Sequence record: NC_048016.1
Strand: one strand, 5' to 3'
DNA length: 64,000 nucleotides
Position 1 is the stretch's first letter, and each line of letters opens with the position of its first letter. A program made the position numbers and the translations under genes. Positions 39,650 to 48,071 of the stretch are shown here, in pieces. The notes below the pieces were generated by a model, which saw only the letters and a list, made by a program, of their open reading frames with translations, was not told the DNA's origin and ran no database searches.

Positions 39650-41106
39650 TTAACCAATATTCCCTGAACGCTGCCACCAACGCGATGCTGTTGGCAAAGC
39701 AAGCTAACCTGCACATCACAGCTGATGAAGGTTCGCCCGTTTCACTGCTGAACAAAGCAACCCCAAGCGCCACGATTTACGACTCGTCTATCACCGATGA
39801 ACAGTTTTACCAGAATCTGGCGAACGCGACCAAAGCGCGCAAGCCGACCATGGGTACCGGTGAAGAAACGATCGTCGTGGATACTGCCGCGGGCGCTGAA
39901 ATGCTGCGTGTCGATGACCACGAACCGACCCTGTTCGAACTGAAGAACATGGCGGTACAGCGTGTGAACGGTATGGTCGATTTTGGCCGTAACGTGGTCC
40001 AGCCGTTTATTGATGACGTGTTGAAGAACATGGACGTGCGTCCGGTTCAGGACACCTCGGAAGACTGGTCACTGGAACCGGTATCGATGGAAGCCTCTAT
40101 CGATGACCCGCTGGTGAATGCGCTTATCAACAGCGTGGCCAAACCCACCGCGTTTGATTTCGTGCGTGAAGCTGCCGGTATTAAAGTGCCGGAAGGTATC
40201 GAGCCACCAGTATCGGGTAGCCGTGCGCTGGACGATTTGGTTGCGCGTATCCTGAACGAAAAAGGCTGGAGCATTGGTGATGCCCTGAGCCGCATGGTGG
40301 AACCGTTTAACGTTTCCCCAGCGAACCCCGATGCCCCGAACTTTGCCAAAGACCAAGTGCTGTTTATGCTGCTCTCGTCTTACTACGTGGACAACCCGTG
40401 GGAAGGCAGCGGCGTAACGGCCAGCAAATGGGAAAACATCCTCAACGGTATCTTCTACTCCACCGTGAGCTGGACGTACCTGTTCGCCCAGAACATTGTT
40501 GAGCGTGCCCATTCTGGTCAGGTCGTGTACTCGTTCTCCCGTGCGGACAAAACCGTTTACGTTTGTCAGGAAGCGTTTGACAAGTACCTCGAAGATGGCG
40601 GTACCACCGAAGCGCTGCTGGGTGCTATCTACGCCAACGACGAAGGCGACATGAAAGCGTCTCTGCTGGGCTCGTCCATCATTGACCGTCTGGCCCACTA
40701 CACGCAGGTGTGGGAGCGTCGCTCTTCAGTGAGCCGCATGAAGGAAGACACCGATTGGTTATCTGCAAACCGTCAGGCGTTGAAAGCCGCGTTTACTGTT
40801 GCGCTGAATAATGCCGACCCGGAAACCTTCGCGCGTAACGCAGCGGACGAGCTCTTCACACTTGAGCAGATTCGCATCGGGGTGTTCTCCTCTATCGACT
40901 ATCGCTTCAACCGTGACTGTACGGACATTGCGGCATTCGTTATCCCACTGACCGCTGCGGAAGTCTTTGGCGAATACGAAATCAGTAAACTGCTGATGGC
41001 GATTCACGAGGGTATGATCAGAAATGATAACCCAGCCGAAGTCGCGTCCGAGTGGGCAGCGAACTACATCATCGAATGGTTGATGCTGGGTCTGCTGGTT
41101 GAATAA
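39646..41106 (+). CDS. Probable head/virion protein (SPN3US gp243-like)
   Basis: 486 aa, lying between the RNAP beta and beta'C genes; synteny. Confidence 0.65.
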   Translation: MINQYSLNAATNAMLLAKQANLHITADEGSPVSLLNKATPSATIYDSSITDEQFYQNLANATKARKPTMGTGEETIVVDTAAGAEMLRVDDHEPTLFELKNMAVQRVNGMVDFGRNVVQPFIDDVLKNMDVRPVQDTSEDWSLEPVSMEASIDDPLVNALINSVAKPTAFDFVREAAGIKVPEGIEPPVSGSRALDDLVARILNEKGWSIGDALSRMVEPFNVSPANPDAPNFAKDQVLFMLLSSYYVDNPWEGSGVTASKWENILNGIFYSTVSWTYLFAQNIVERAHSGQVVYSFSRADKTVYVCQEAFDKYLEDGGTTEALLGAIYANDEGDMKASLLGSSIIDRLAHYTQVWERRSSVSRMKEDTDWLSANRQALKAAFTVALNNADPETFARNAADELFTLEQIRIGVFSSIDYRFNRDCTDIAAFVIPLTAAEVFGEYEISKLLMAIHEGMIRNDNPAEVASEWAANYIIEWLMLGLLVE

Positions 41107-41129
41107 CCTGCCTACACGGGAGGGTTGCC

Positions 41130-41852
41130 ATGAGCGCCATTGAAACAGCAACGCGGAATCCCAGTAAGGTGCACGCGGATTTGATGAAGCAAGGCGTGGC
41201 GACATTAACCAAAGGGGGGTGTTTCATTTACATCCCCGTTGGTTTCGCATCAAAGGAGCTGGCGTTTATTTCCAGCACGGTTGAGATTGTTGGCATGTTT
41301 GCTATCAGTACCGACCGTAAAACCTTTGGCGTGAGTAACGTCACAACGCTGATTGAAATCACCCCTTCCTCTTTTGAGGAAATTACGGTTCACGGCGAGC
41401 CGTACTACGAATTCCGATTCGACCCGGGGACGGTAGTATTCCCGAACCGACAGCTACAGGTCGTCTCCAACCACGTCTACAACATTGCTTCCTTTGTGTA
41501 TGACTTTGGTAACCGTCCGTTCTGGATGAACGCGGTGGACGATGCTGAGCTGCTATCGAATACAAAAAAATGGAATGGCTTCCAAGTATTCGCAGACCAG
41601 ATTACCGCTGACTGTTATGCTGCACACACACAGCGTACGCTCGGTGACCCGCGTCAGTTCTTTCGTTATTCGTTGAAGAAGGACTCGGACTTGTTCAAAC
41701 CTGTCCAGTTCATTCCTCTGCGCGACGGCAGCCTAAACAAAACATCTCGTTTGGCGAAACTCGCCGACGTTGAATTACGTCGCGGTATTATGTCCGCGCT
41801 GTCAGTCGACCCGGTACGAGCCGAACCACTCGAAGATCTCTTTATGCGGTAA
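41130..41852 (+). CDS. rpoC: Virion RNA polymerase beta' C-terminal part (SPN3US gp244 / phiKZ gp176-like)
   Basis: TSRLAKLADVELRRGIMSAL...PLE resembles the beta' C-terminal region; just upstream of the protease. Confidence 0.7.
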   Translation: MSAIETATRNPSKVHADLMKQGVATLTKGGCFIYIPVGFASKELAFISSTVEIVGMFAISTDRKTFGVSNVTTLIEITPSSFEEITVHGEPYYEFRFDPGTVVFPNRQLQVVSNHVYNIASFVYDFGNRPFWMNAVDDAELLSNTKKWNGFQVFADQITADCYAAHTQRTLGDPRQFFRYSLKKDSDLFKPVQFIPLRDGSLNKTSRLAKLADVELRRGIMSALSVDPVRAEPLEDLFMR

Positions 41853-41864
41853 TCAGGAGCGGTC

Positions 41865-42680
41865 ATGGAAAATTTATCGATGCGTTACAACTGTGTAGCG
41901 CTCGCCGGTGTCAACGCCGGGGCTTCACTGCAAAAAGACAGCGACGGCTACTACCGCGTGCTGCTGGCGGCGCTGAACGTGTTCAACTCCGAAGGGGTGT
42001 TCTACGCGTTCAACGAATCCAAGCACGTGTTCGATCGTTCGAATGTCTTTATGCGCAAAGTACAGGCAGGTAACCTCTACGGTGAAGAGGATCACCCACC
42101 GTGGGAACAAGGCATGTCGGATTCGGCGTTTATGGAACGCAACGAATGGATTGAAACCAAAAACGTTTCACACCACATTCGTGAAGTCGAACTCGTCAAC
42201 ACCACGCAGACCTGTAATGGGATGCCTGTGGTCGAAGTGTGGGGTTGGGTTAAACCTAACCGTGAACGTGGCCCGCTGTTGGCGGAAGCGCTGGAAAACC
42301 CACACCAGAACGTCTGCTTCTCACTGCGTGCCATCGTACGTGAGAAACGTGTCAACGGTGTTGTCACTCGTCGTATTGACAAGCTCATCACCTTTGACTG
42401 GGTTATTGAAGACGGTCTGCAGATCTGTAACAAATACTCCGCGATGCAGCGTGGCTCTAAAGTCGCGCAAGAATCGACCCGTATGTATTTGGACCGTGTC
42501 ATCACCCGTGAAGCGCTGGAAGATATCCTTTACAGTGCACGCGAGAAGACACTGGTCGGAACAGAGTCGACCCGTCAGAATCAACTGCGTTCCATCGCAG
42601 AGGAATACTTAGGCTTTGCTGCGCAAGCTGAGCAACGCTCTAACTTCCGTGTGATGGGCTTAGGGACGAAGCGCTGGTAA
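41865..42680 (+). CDS. Prohead serine protease (phiKZ gp175 / SPN3US gp245-like)
   Basis: YGEEDHP (H77), FSLR (S153), putative autocleavage site AQE at 201-203. Confidence 0.9.
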   Translation: MENLSMRYNCVALAGVNAGASLQKDSDGYYRVLLAALNVFNSEGVFYAFNESKHVFDRSNVFMRKVQAGNLYGEEDHPPWEQGMSDSAFMERNEWIETKNVSHHIREVELVNTTQTCNGMPVVEVWGWVKPNRERGPLLAEALENPHQNVCFSLRAIVREKRVNGVVTRRIDKLITFDWVIEDGLQICNKYSAMQRGSKVAQESTRMYLDRVITREALEDILYSAREKTLVGTESTRQNQLRSIAEEYLGFAAQAEQRSNFRVMGLGTKRW

Positions 42681-43306
42681 TGGACACTTACGCCGCGTCT
42701 CTTGAGAAATGGCTTCAGAACCAGATGCCCCGTGTGGCGAAGAAATCAACCCTTCGCCTGCTGGACACCCCGCCGCTGCACATCAGCACCGCGCGGATTA
42801 AAATGTTCAGCCCACGTATTCCGTTGTCATTAACGAATGATGAAGACAAAACCGTTCCGCGGGTTTGTTGTTCAGTAGACTTAGCCCGGTGTCTTGCATC
42901 GGCCCGTCACATTCTGAGAACGGATGAACCGCCTCGACAGATTTTCATCTACGCGTTTACTGAACGAAGTGTTGTTCAGCCGTCGATAGAACTCAGTCAG
43001 GAACCGGTACGTGCTGGGGAAGTGTGGATTGTGCCACATCGCATGGGGAACTGGGAATTGTACCCGGATGTGATTGGTGAACTCCGCCTGATGGAAATGA
43101 ACGGGGAAGGTAATCGCTTTGTCTTTGCAGTCCGCTGTGGGCAGAGCGTTACATTGCGCAACGGTGAAACGCTGCGCGAGGGTCCGATTTACCGTATCGA
43201 AGTGACGATTAACCGTCAGGACTGTACGGTAAACGTGGGTGAGTGCTGGGAGATTGATCCTAGCATTTTCGATCGTGCACTTGACTGTTACACCGTCAGC
43301 AACTAG
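42680..43306 (+). CDS. Probable virion protein
   Basis: 208 aa, coupled to protease gene (TAATG). Confidence 0.65.
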   Translation: MDTYAASLEKWLQNQMPRVAKKSTLRLLDTPPLHISTARIKMFSPRIPLSLTNDEDKTVPRVCCSVDLARCLASARHILRTDEPPRQIFIYAFTERSVVQPSIELSQEPVRAGEVWIVPHRMGNWELYPDVIGELRLMEMNGEGNRFVFAVRCGQSVTLRNGETLREGPIYRIEVTINRQDCTVNVGECWEIDPSIFDRALDCYTVSN

Positions 43307-43350
43307 CTCCAGTGTTCGTGGTCTGCAATCACATCACACGAGGGGGTCGC

Positions 43351-43653
43351 ATGAAGGTTGTAAATGTTAAAGTACCTCCGAGCCTTCAGTCGCTCTCAGC
43401 CGATGAGCTTAAGCAACTGGCGGTCCGTACGATTATTGGTCGTGGCGGGAAGGAAGCACTGATTGAGGTATTGGGTTTAGGCGGGCGGTTGGACACCAAA
43501 CGCAAACTCAACAACGCCGCTTCTGCGGTCGCGCCGATGGACTTGGCTGCGTTCGCACTCGACCTGCAAATGGTTGGGACAGACATTGATTTCAATAAGA
43601 CGTATTTCTTGCTAGCCGAACCTCTGCGTGGTCTCTTAACGCTGAAGCAATAA
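43351..43653 (+). CDS. Hypothetical protein
   Basis: GAGGGG RBS before ATG 43351. Confidence 0.7.
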   Translation: MKVVNVKVPPSLQSLSADELKQLAVRTIIGRGGKEALIEVLGLGGRLDTKRKLNNAASAVAPMDLAAFALDLQMVGTDIDFNKTYFLLAEPLRGLLTLKQ

Positions 43654-43757
43654 TGCGAAGGGAGACCGTGCACCTTCAGTAATGGTGGGGGCTGTTACTT
43701 TTTTACTGCATATGGGTTTGATGTAGTAGAGGTTGTCACGGATTAGGATCAATTGAA

Positions 43758-44309
43758 ATGATTAGTTTGGATAGCGATGGCGTGTTTGCCGCTTGGCGAA
43801 AGTATGTGTTCACCAAGCACCTAACGACGATGACCCCGGAGGTGTTTAACAAGCTTCCTGAGTCGCGTCGCCGGTTTCTGATGAGGGAGATGTATCAAAA
43901 GGACCCGGATCTGTTTTACAAGTTGGAACCCATTCCCGGTACTGAGAAAATACTCGAGGCCGCGATGACATGCACAGACGGTTGGCAGATACTGACTTCG
44001 GCAGCAGATGATCACCCCGAGTACAATCATGTCGTTGAGTGTAAACACGAATGGTTTAAAAAGCATTTTGCTGTACCCGCTGCGCGTATTACCGTCGTGG
44101 AGAATTCGGCAGCGAAAAAACAATACGCAGGACGCGGAGACATGCTGGTCGACGATTATCGTCGTAACTGTAACGAGTGGTCAGTCAATGGTGGTTTTGC
44201 GGTATGGACGTTAACAGACCGCCCAGACATTGACGGCATCGTCAGTATCATCAGCAACTATCAGGAAGATGCAAGCTTGGGCACAGGCCTGCTTTTGCAA
44301 TTGCATTAA
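43758..44309 (+). CDS. HAD-family 5'(3')-deoxyribonucleotidase (NT5C-like)
   Basis: LDSDGVF (motif I), ILTS (II), K (III), LVDDY (IV). Confidence 0.85.
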   Translation: MISLDSDGVFAAWRKYVFTKHLTTMTPEVFNKLPESRRRFLMREMYQKDPDLFYKLEPIPGTEKILEAAMTCTDGWQILTSAADDHPEYNHVVECKHEWFKKHFAVPAARITVVENSAAKKQYAGRGDMLVDDYRRNCNEWSVNGGFAVWTLTDRPDIDGIVSIISNYQEDASLGTGLLLQLH

Positions 44310-44323
44310 ACCGGTTTATCAGA

Positions 44324-44363
44324 GGTGGGTCCCTTCGGGGGCTCACCCCTACTCTATTTTTTT
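44324..44363 (+). terminator. Intrinsic terminator
   Basis: GGTGGGTCCC-TTCG-GGGGCTCACC plus T tract. Confidence 0.8.
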
Positions 44364-44366
44364 AGA

Positions 44367-44386
44367 GATAGATATTATCCATGTGA
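44367..44386 (+). promoter_or_regulatory. Class 1 (early-type) phage promoter
   Basis: GATAGATATTAT-ccat-GTGA. Confidence 0.7.
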
Positions 44387-44434
44387 GCTATTACGTATTA
44401 AGCTTTACTAATCGACTAATCATAGAGGCCTATC

Positions 44435-45121
44435 ATGGAAAAGATGTCTGGTTTGGAAATCAATGCACTGCGTTTGAAAGTTCGTACTTACTTCAAAGAG
44501 TTCTACAAGAAGACCGATTCTGCACATCGTATCGACCACATCGATTCGGTGATAACCAACACAATTCGTATCTGTCATCTGATGGACTGGCAAGAGCACC
44601 TGCCACTGGCTATCGTTGCCGCCGGTCTGCATGACATTTACAGCACCACTGAATTTCGCACTGACCATCACATCCGGGCATTCACTTGGGCCATGGATAA
44701 CAAAGCCAAACTCAAGCGTCGCTTTAAGATGACTGACGATGATGTGATGACGGTTGCCTACGCCGCGTTGGAACATCGGGGTTCGTACAAGGGTGAGCGC
44801 TACAACGGTATCGTGTCTGAGATACTGGCCGCGGCTGACCGGGGTATTCCGTCCACCGAGGAAGTCAGCAATTACGCTGGAAGGTCCTATTTGTACGCGC
44901 GCTCGCATGGCAAGTCGTCCACCGATGCGAAGTTCCATGCCATTCGTCACATCCAAGACAAATTCGGTCGTAACGGTTATGGTCGTGTACCTGACTGGTA
45001 CGGCGTTTTATTTGCAGAGCGTTTAGAGAAACGGTTGGAGCTGATTGAGTCACTCGATATCGATTTCTTCGATGCTGCATTTACCCAAGAGTTAGAACGT
45101 ACCTACCAAGCGTCCCTTTGA
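44435..45121 (+). CDS. HD-domain metal-dependent phosphohydrolase
   Basis: AHRIDH...GLHDI...EHR...AAD. Confidence 0.85.
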   Translation: MEKMSGLEINALRLKVRTYFKEFYKKTDSAHRIDHIDSVITNTIRICHLMDWQEHLPLAIVAAGLHDIYSTTEFRTDHHIRAFTWAMDNKAKLKRRFKMTDDDVMTVAYAALEHRGSYKGERYNGIVSEILAAADRGIPSTEEVSNYAGRSYLYARSHGKSSTDAKFHAIRHIQDKFGRNGYGRVPDWYGVLFAERLEKRLELIESLDIDFFDAAFTQELERTYQASL

Positions 45122-45132
45122 AAATAAAAAGG

Positions 45133-45152
45133 GATAGATATTATTTCCGTGA
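45133..45152 (+). promoter_or_regulatory. Class 1 (early-type) phage promoter
   Basis: GATAGATATTAT-ttcc-GTGA. Confidence 0.7.
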
Positions 45153-45186
45153 ACTACTACCCATTAACCATTGTAAGGATTAAAGA

Positions 45187-45696
45187 ATGACCGTTAAATT
45201 GCACTCACTGAAAGACCTCGTTGCCGCTCTGTCTCCAGAAGACGAAAGCATTGTTACCATCAACGAAAACAACGGCCTCGATGGCGCGGTCAAAGACCGT
45301 GTGAACGAAGCGTACGCAGCGACTCTGCCGACACTGTCACTGGAAGTGCCGGAAGACCACAAAGGTAAACTGGTCTATCAGGTTACCCCAACCGATATGG
45401 ATGGCTTCCGTAAGCACGACGCTAACTTCGGTGAAGCGCTGGGCTCCATCATCGCACCGGTTGTAGCGGCACACGTTAAGGCCAACGAAGACGTGGCGCA
45501 GCTGGACCTGACGGTGAACGTCGGTAACGCCGACTTCTCCACCGTGTTCGCGCGTCCGACTAGTGAGACCCCGTCTGAGAAAGAGTGGGCGTCCTCCATC
45601 GGCTTTGGTTATTCCACACCGAAGATGAAGTCGCTGGAAGGCAAAGTCCGCAAAGACTTCGGCAAGTCCTTCTTCGAAACTGAAGATGAAGAGTAA
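45187..45696 (+). CDS. Hypothetical acidic protein
   Basis: 169 aa, AAGGA RBS, has its own class 1 promoter. Confidence 0.8.
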   Translation: MTVKLHSLKDLVAALSPEDESIVTINENNGLDGAVKDRVNEAYAATLPTLSLEVPEDHKGKLVYQVTPTDMDGFRKHDANFGEALGSIIAPVVAAHVKANEDVAQLDLTVNVGNADFSTVFARPTSETPSEKEWASSIGFGYSTPKMKSLEGKVRKDFGKSFFETEDEE

Positions 45697-45877
45697 GAGC
45701 TTCTGGGTCCCCCGGATGACCATTGAAAGTCATCCGGATGTGATTCCGTTCACAGGCATTCGAAAGGATGGCACTGTCGCACCTCCTGAACAATTGGGGA
45801 TGACGATAACCATTCAACGGCCGCCGTATGAGATGCCAGAGAAACCTTATCCGGTACCTAAGCGACGTCGTCAGTAA
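45686..45877 (+). CDS. Small hypothetical protein
   Basis: 63 aa, overlaps upstream gene end and precedes a terminator. Confidence 0.55.
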   Translation: MKSKSFWVPRMTIESHPDVIPFTGIRKDGTVAPPEQLGMTITIQRPPYEMPEKPYPVPKRRRQ

Positions 45878-45881
45878 CACA

Positions 45882-45914
45882 AGTCCCCTACTTCGGTAGG
45901 GGCTTTCTTTTTTT
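45882..45914 (+). terminator. Intrinsic terminator
   Basis: CCCCTAC-TTCG-GTAGGGG plus T tract. Confidence 0.85.
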
Positions 45915-45927
45915 ATCGGAGACTCAC

Positions 45928-46287
45928 ATGCACGATAAAGGCAACGGCCGAACCGTCGAAAACGGTGTAGTAGTTCGTGACCCGAATGGGCTTACCGGCA
46001 TCGAAGTTGATATCCACGGCTTCCCAATCAAGATCAGCTCACTGCGCAGCAGCGACAACCCGCTAATGAAAGAAGTCTGGAGAGAGATTTTGTATCTCAG
46101 CGATTCCATGCACTCCATTATTCCATTGGCGGCTTGGGTGCACTTTGAACCACTCCCCGAGCGGGTACTGAATCTGATTGGTTCAAATCGCAACACGCAT
46201 ACCCTGTCCCTCTCCCCCACTAAGTTCGGCGAGGCCTTTAAGAATTGTGAGGTACACTTGACGTGGGAGCCACTCCCAAATATGTGA
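45928..46287 (+). CDS. Hypothetical protein
   Basis: 119 aa, GGAG RBS. Confidence 0.7.
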   Translation: MHDKGNGRTVENGVVVRDPNGLTGIEVDIHGFPIKISSLRSSDNPLMKEVWREILYLSDSMHSIIPLAAWVHFEPLPERVLNLIGSNRNTHTLSLSPTKFGEAFKNCEVHLTWEPLPNM

Positions 46288-46325
46288 CCCGCTGGGAGAC
46301 TTCTGTCTCCCTTTCTTTTTTTTGT

Positions 46326-46350
46326 TTTTACACGTTACCCAATACATGTG
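46326..46350 (+). promoter_or_regulatory. Class 2 phage promoter variant (TTTTAC-N15-TGTG)
   Basis: Same spacing as the exact copies. Confidence 0.45.
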
Positions 46351-46384
46351 TAGCGAACCACACACAGCATCCGAGGAATTTACC

Positions 46385-46669
46385 ATGCCCAATCTGGGAA
46401 CCATTAATCAAATCCATAACATGCCGCCAGAGCCTGTTGCCATTGCCGTACTGGAAGTGTTAGAAAAGCACCCAGAGAAGTTTCCACTCGAAGCCATTGT
46501 TGAAGTCGGGATCAGCTTTGAATTCCGGGAGAACTATATCCCGTTGGAATTCTATGACTTCCACTCACACGTCATTAAAATGAAGATGACGGCGAAAGTG
46601 CCGTACACTCAAATGCGTGTGTCTTACTTCACAGCCAAAGGCGAGAGTAATGAACCTAAAGAATCCTGA
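46385..46669 (+). CDS. Hypothetical protein
   Basis: GAGGA RBS before ATG 46385. Confidence 0.7.
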   Translation: MPNLGTINQIHNMPPEPVAIAVLEVLEKHPEKFPLEAIVEVGISFEFRENYIPLEFYDFHSHVIKMKMTAKVPYTQMRVSYFTAKGESNEPKES

Positions 46670-47138
46670 TTTCCGTAAAGCGTTTATGGACGACCTTGGT
46701 GCCATCGTTGACACTTACGTGGCCGCGTACAAAGGCAGCGTTGAGTCTGAAGAAACGTTTAACGGTGCAACGAACTTCGCAGCTGAACTGATTCCCCACA
46801 CCACCAACGGGTATCAGCGTTATCTGGATGAGCAACGTCAGTCCGATAACAAGGTCAGCGTGCTGGCCGGTTTCCTGATTAACCTGACGGCGCATCTGAA
46901 ATGCCAGTTTGGCACCGCGGTGTTAGATGAACTGCAGTCGGAAATCATCAAGGTCAATCTGGTACAGGGACCCAGCGATCAATCGCGCAATGCCTTGTCG
47001 CTGTGGATGCTGGCCTACAACTCCGGTGACGAATACACCCCGCCCAGTGACTACAATGCGCTGGTCACGTATCTGTTCCTGCAACGGGCACGTTGGCTGT
47101 TGGTCAAGGGCAAAGTTGTTGAGATGACAAAAGAATAA
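46650..47138 (+). CDS. Hypothetical protein
   Basis: Probable start MNLKN at 46650. Confidence 0.7.
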   Translation: MNLKNPDFRKAFMDDLGAIVDTYVAAYKGSVESEETFNGATNFAAELIPHTTNGYQRYLDEQRQSDNKVSVLAGFLINLTAHLKCQFGTAVLDELQSEIIKVNLVQGPSDQSRNALSLWMLAYNSGDEYTPPSDYNALVTYLFLQRARWLLVKGKVVEMTKE

Positions 47139-47183
47139 AAGTAACCCCACTCATCTGAGTGGGGTACTTCACTTATTTTTTTT
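47139..47183. terminator. Bidirectional terminator between convergent genes
   Basis: ACCCCACTC-ATCT-GAGTGGGGT with A and T tracts. Confidence 0.8.
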
Positions 47184-47186
47184 GCC

Positions 47187-48065
47187 CTAGCCGCGCAGCT
47201 GGTTGGTCATGAACTCGTCAGAAACTGAACGATAACCACCCGGGGTCGCATTGACGTCTGGGTTGATGCCATCAGTTTGCTGAGACGGAGTCAGCCACAG
47301 CTTACGAGAGTACGGACGCAGACCGTACAGCTTCATGCGCTCCAGTTCCACATCCGCCGCCTGCATCGCGCCCCAACCTGTCCATTGCTGGGAGGTAAAG
47401 GAGATAGACAGTTCGTTGGTCTGTGGACCGGTATTTGGATCACGGTCGCCCGTATCCTGACCGGCCGCTTCTGGAATCATGTTCGTGAGCCAGAAGGCGT
47501 TCTGTGCTTTGCGCTGGTACGCATCCGGTTCGATATACAGCACAGTCATGCTATACATGTCCGGCAGGAAGTCAGGTACGTTCGGGTTGATTGCAGCAAT
47601 CCCCGGGTGCCCTGTATCCTTATCCATGATGCCGTACGTCAGCCACGCCCACAGCATGTTCTGGAACACCTTACCGTGTTTATCCGGTGTGGTGTGCGTC
47701 ACAGCTGAGATAGCTTCGGTAACCATACCCGCTTCATACTGGATACGGTTGTTACGGCCCTGCTGGGTCTGCACGGCTTCGTGGCTCAGGGTCTTGTCCA
47801 GTCCAGAGATGGTGGAGTGCACCTCAATGAAGGACTTGATGGCCTGACGCCAGATAGCCGGGTTCGGCATGTAGTCTACCCATTTCGGGTATTCCATCAC
47901 GCGGGCAATGACGTTACGACGCAGACGGTGGGCGTTCGTAACAAACTTACCAACCTGTCCAACCGGGCCGTTCTGGCCCGAGCTGAAGGGGTTGACCATG
48001 TCGTATTTACCGCCATCGACATGCAGGCCTTGGTCAGGAAGGACCAAACGTTCAACAAGTGCCAT
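47187..48065 (-). CDS. Tail tube protein (phiKZ gp30 / SPN3US gp255-like)
   Basis: 292 aa directly after the sheath; beta-rich; synteny. Confidence 0.8.
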   Translation of the reverse strand: MALVERLVLPDQGLHVDGGKYDMVNPFSSGQNGPVGQVGKFVTNAHRLRRNVIARVMEYPKWVDYMPNPAIWRQAIKSFIEVHSTISGLDKTLSHEAVQTQQGRNNRIQYEAGMVTEAISAVTHTTPDKHGKVFQNMLWAWLTYGIMDKDTGHPGIAAINPNVPDFLPDMYSMTVLYIEPDAYQRKAQNAFWLTNMIPEAAGQDTGDRDPNTGPQTNELSISFTSQQWTGWGAMQAADVELERMKLYGLRPYSRKLWLTPSQQTDGINPDVNATPGGYRSVSDEFMTNQLRG

Positions 48066-48071
48066 GTTCTA

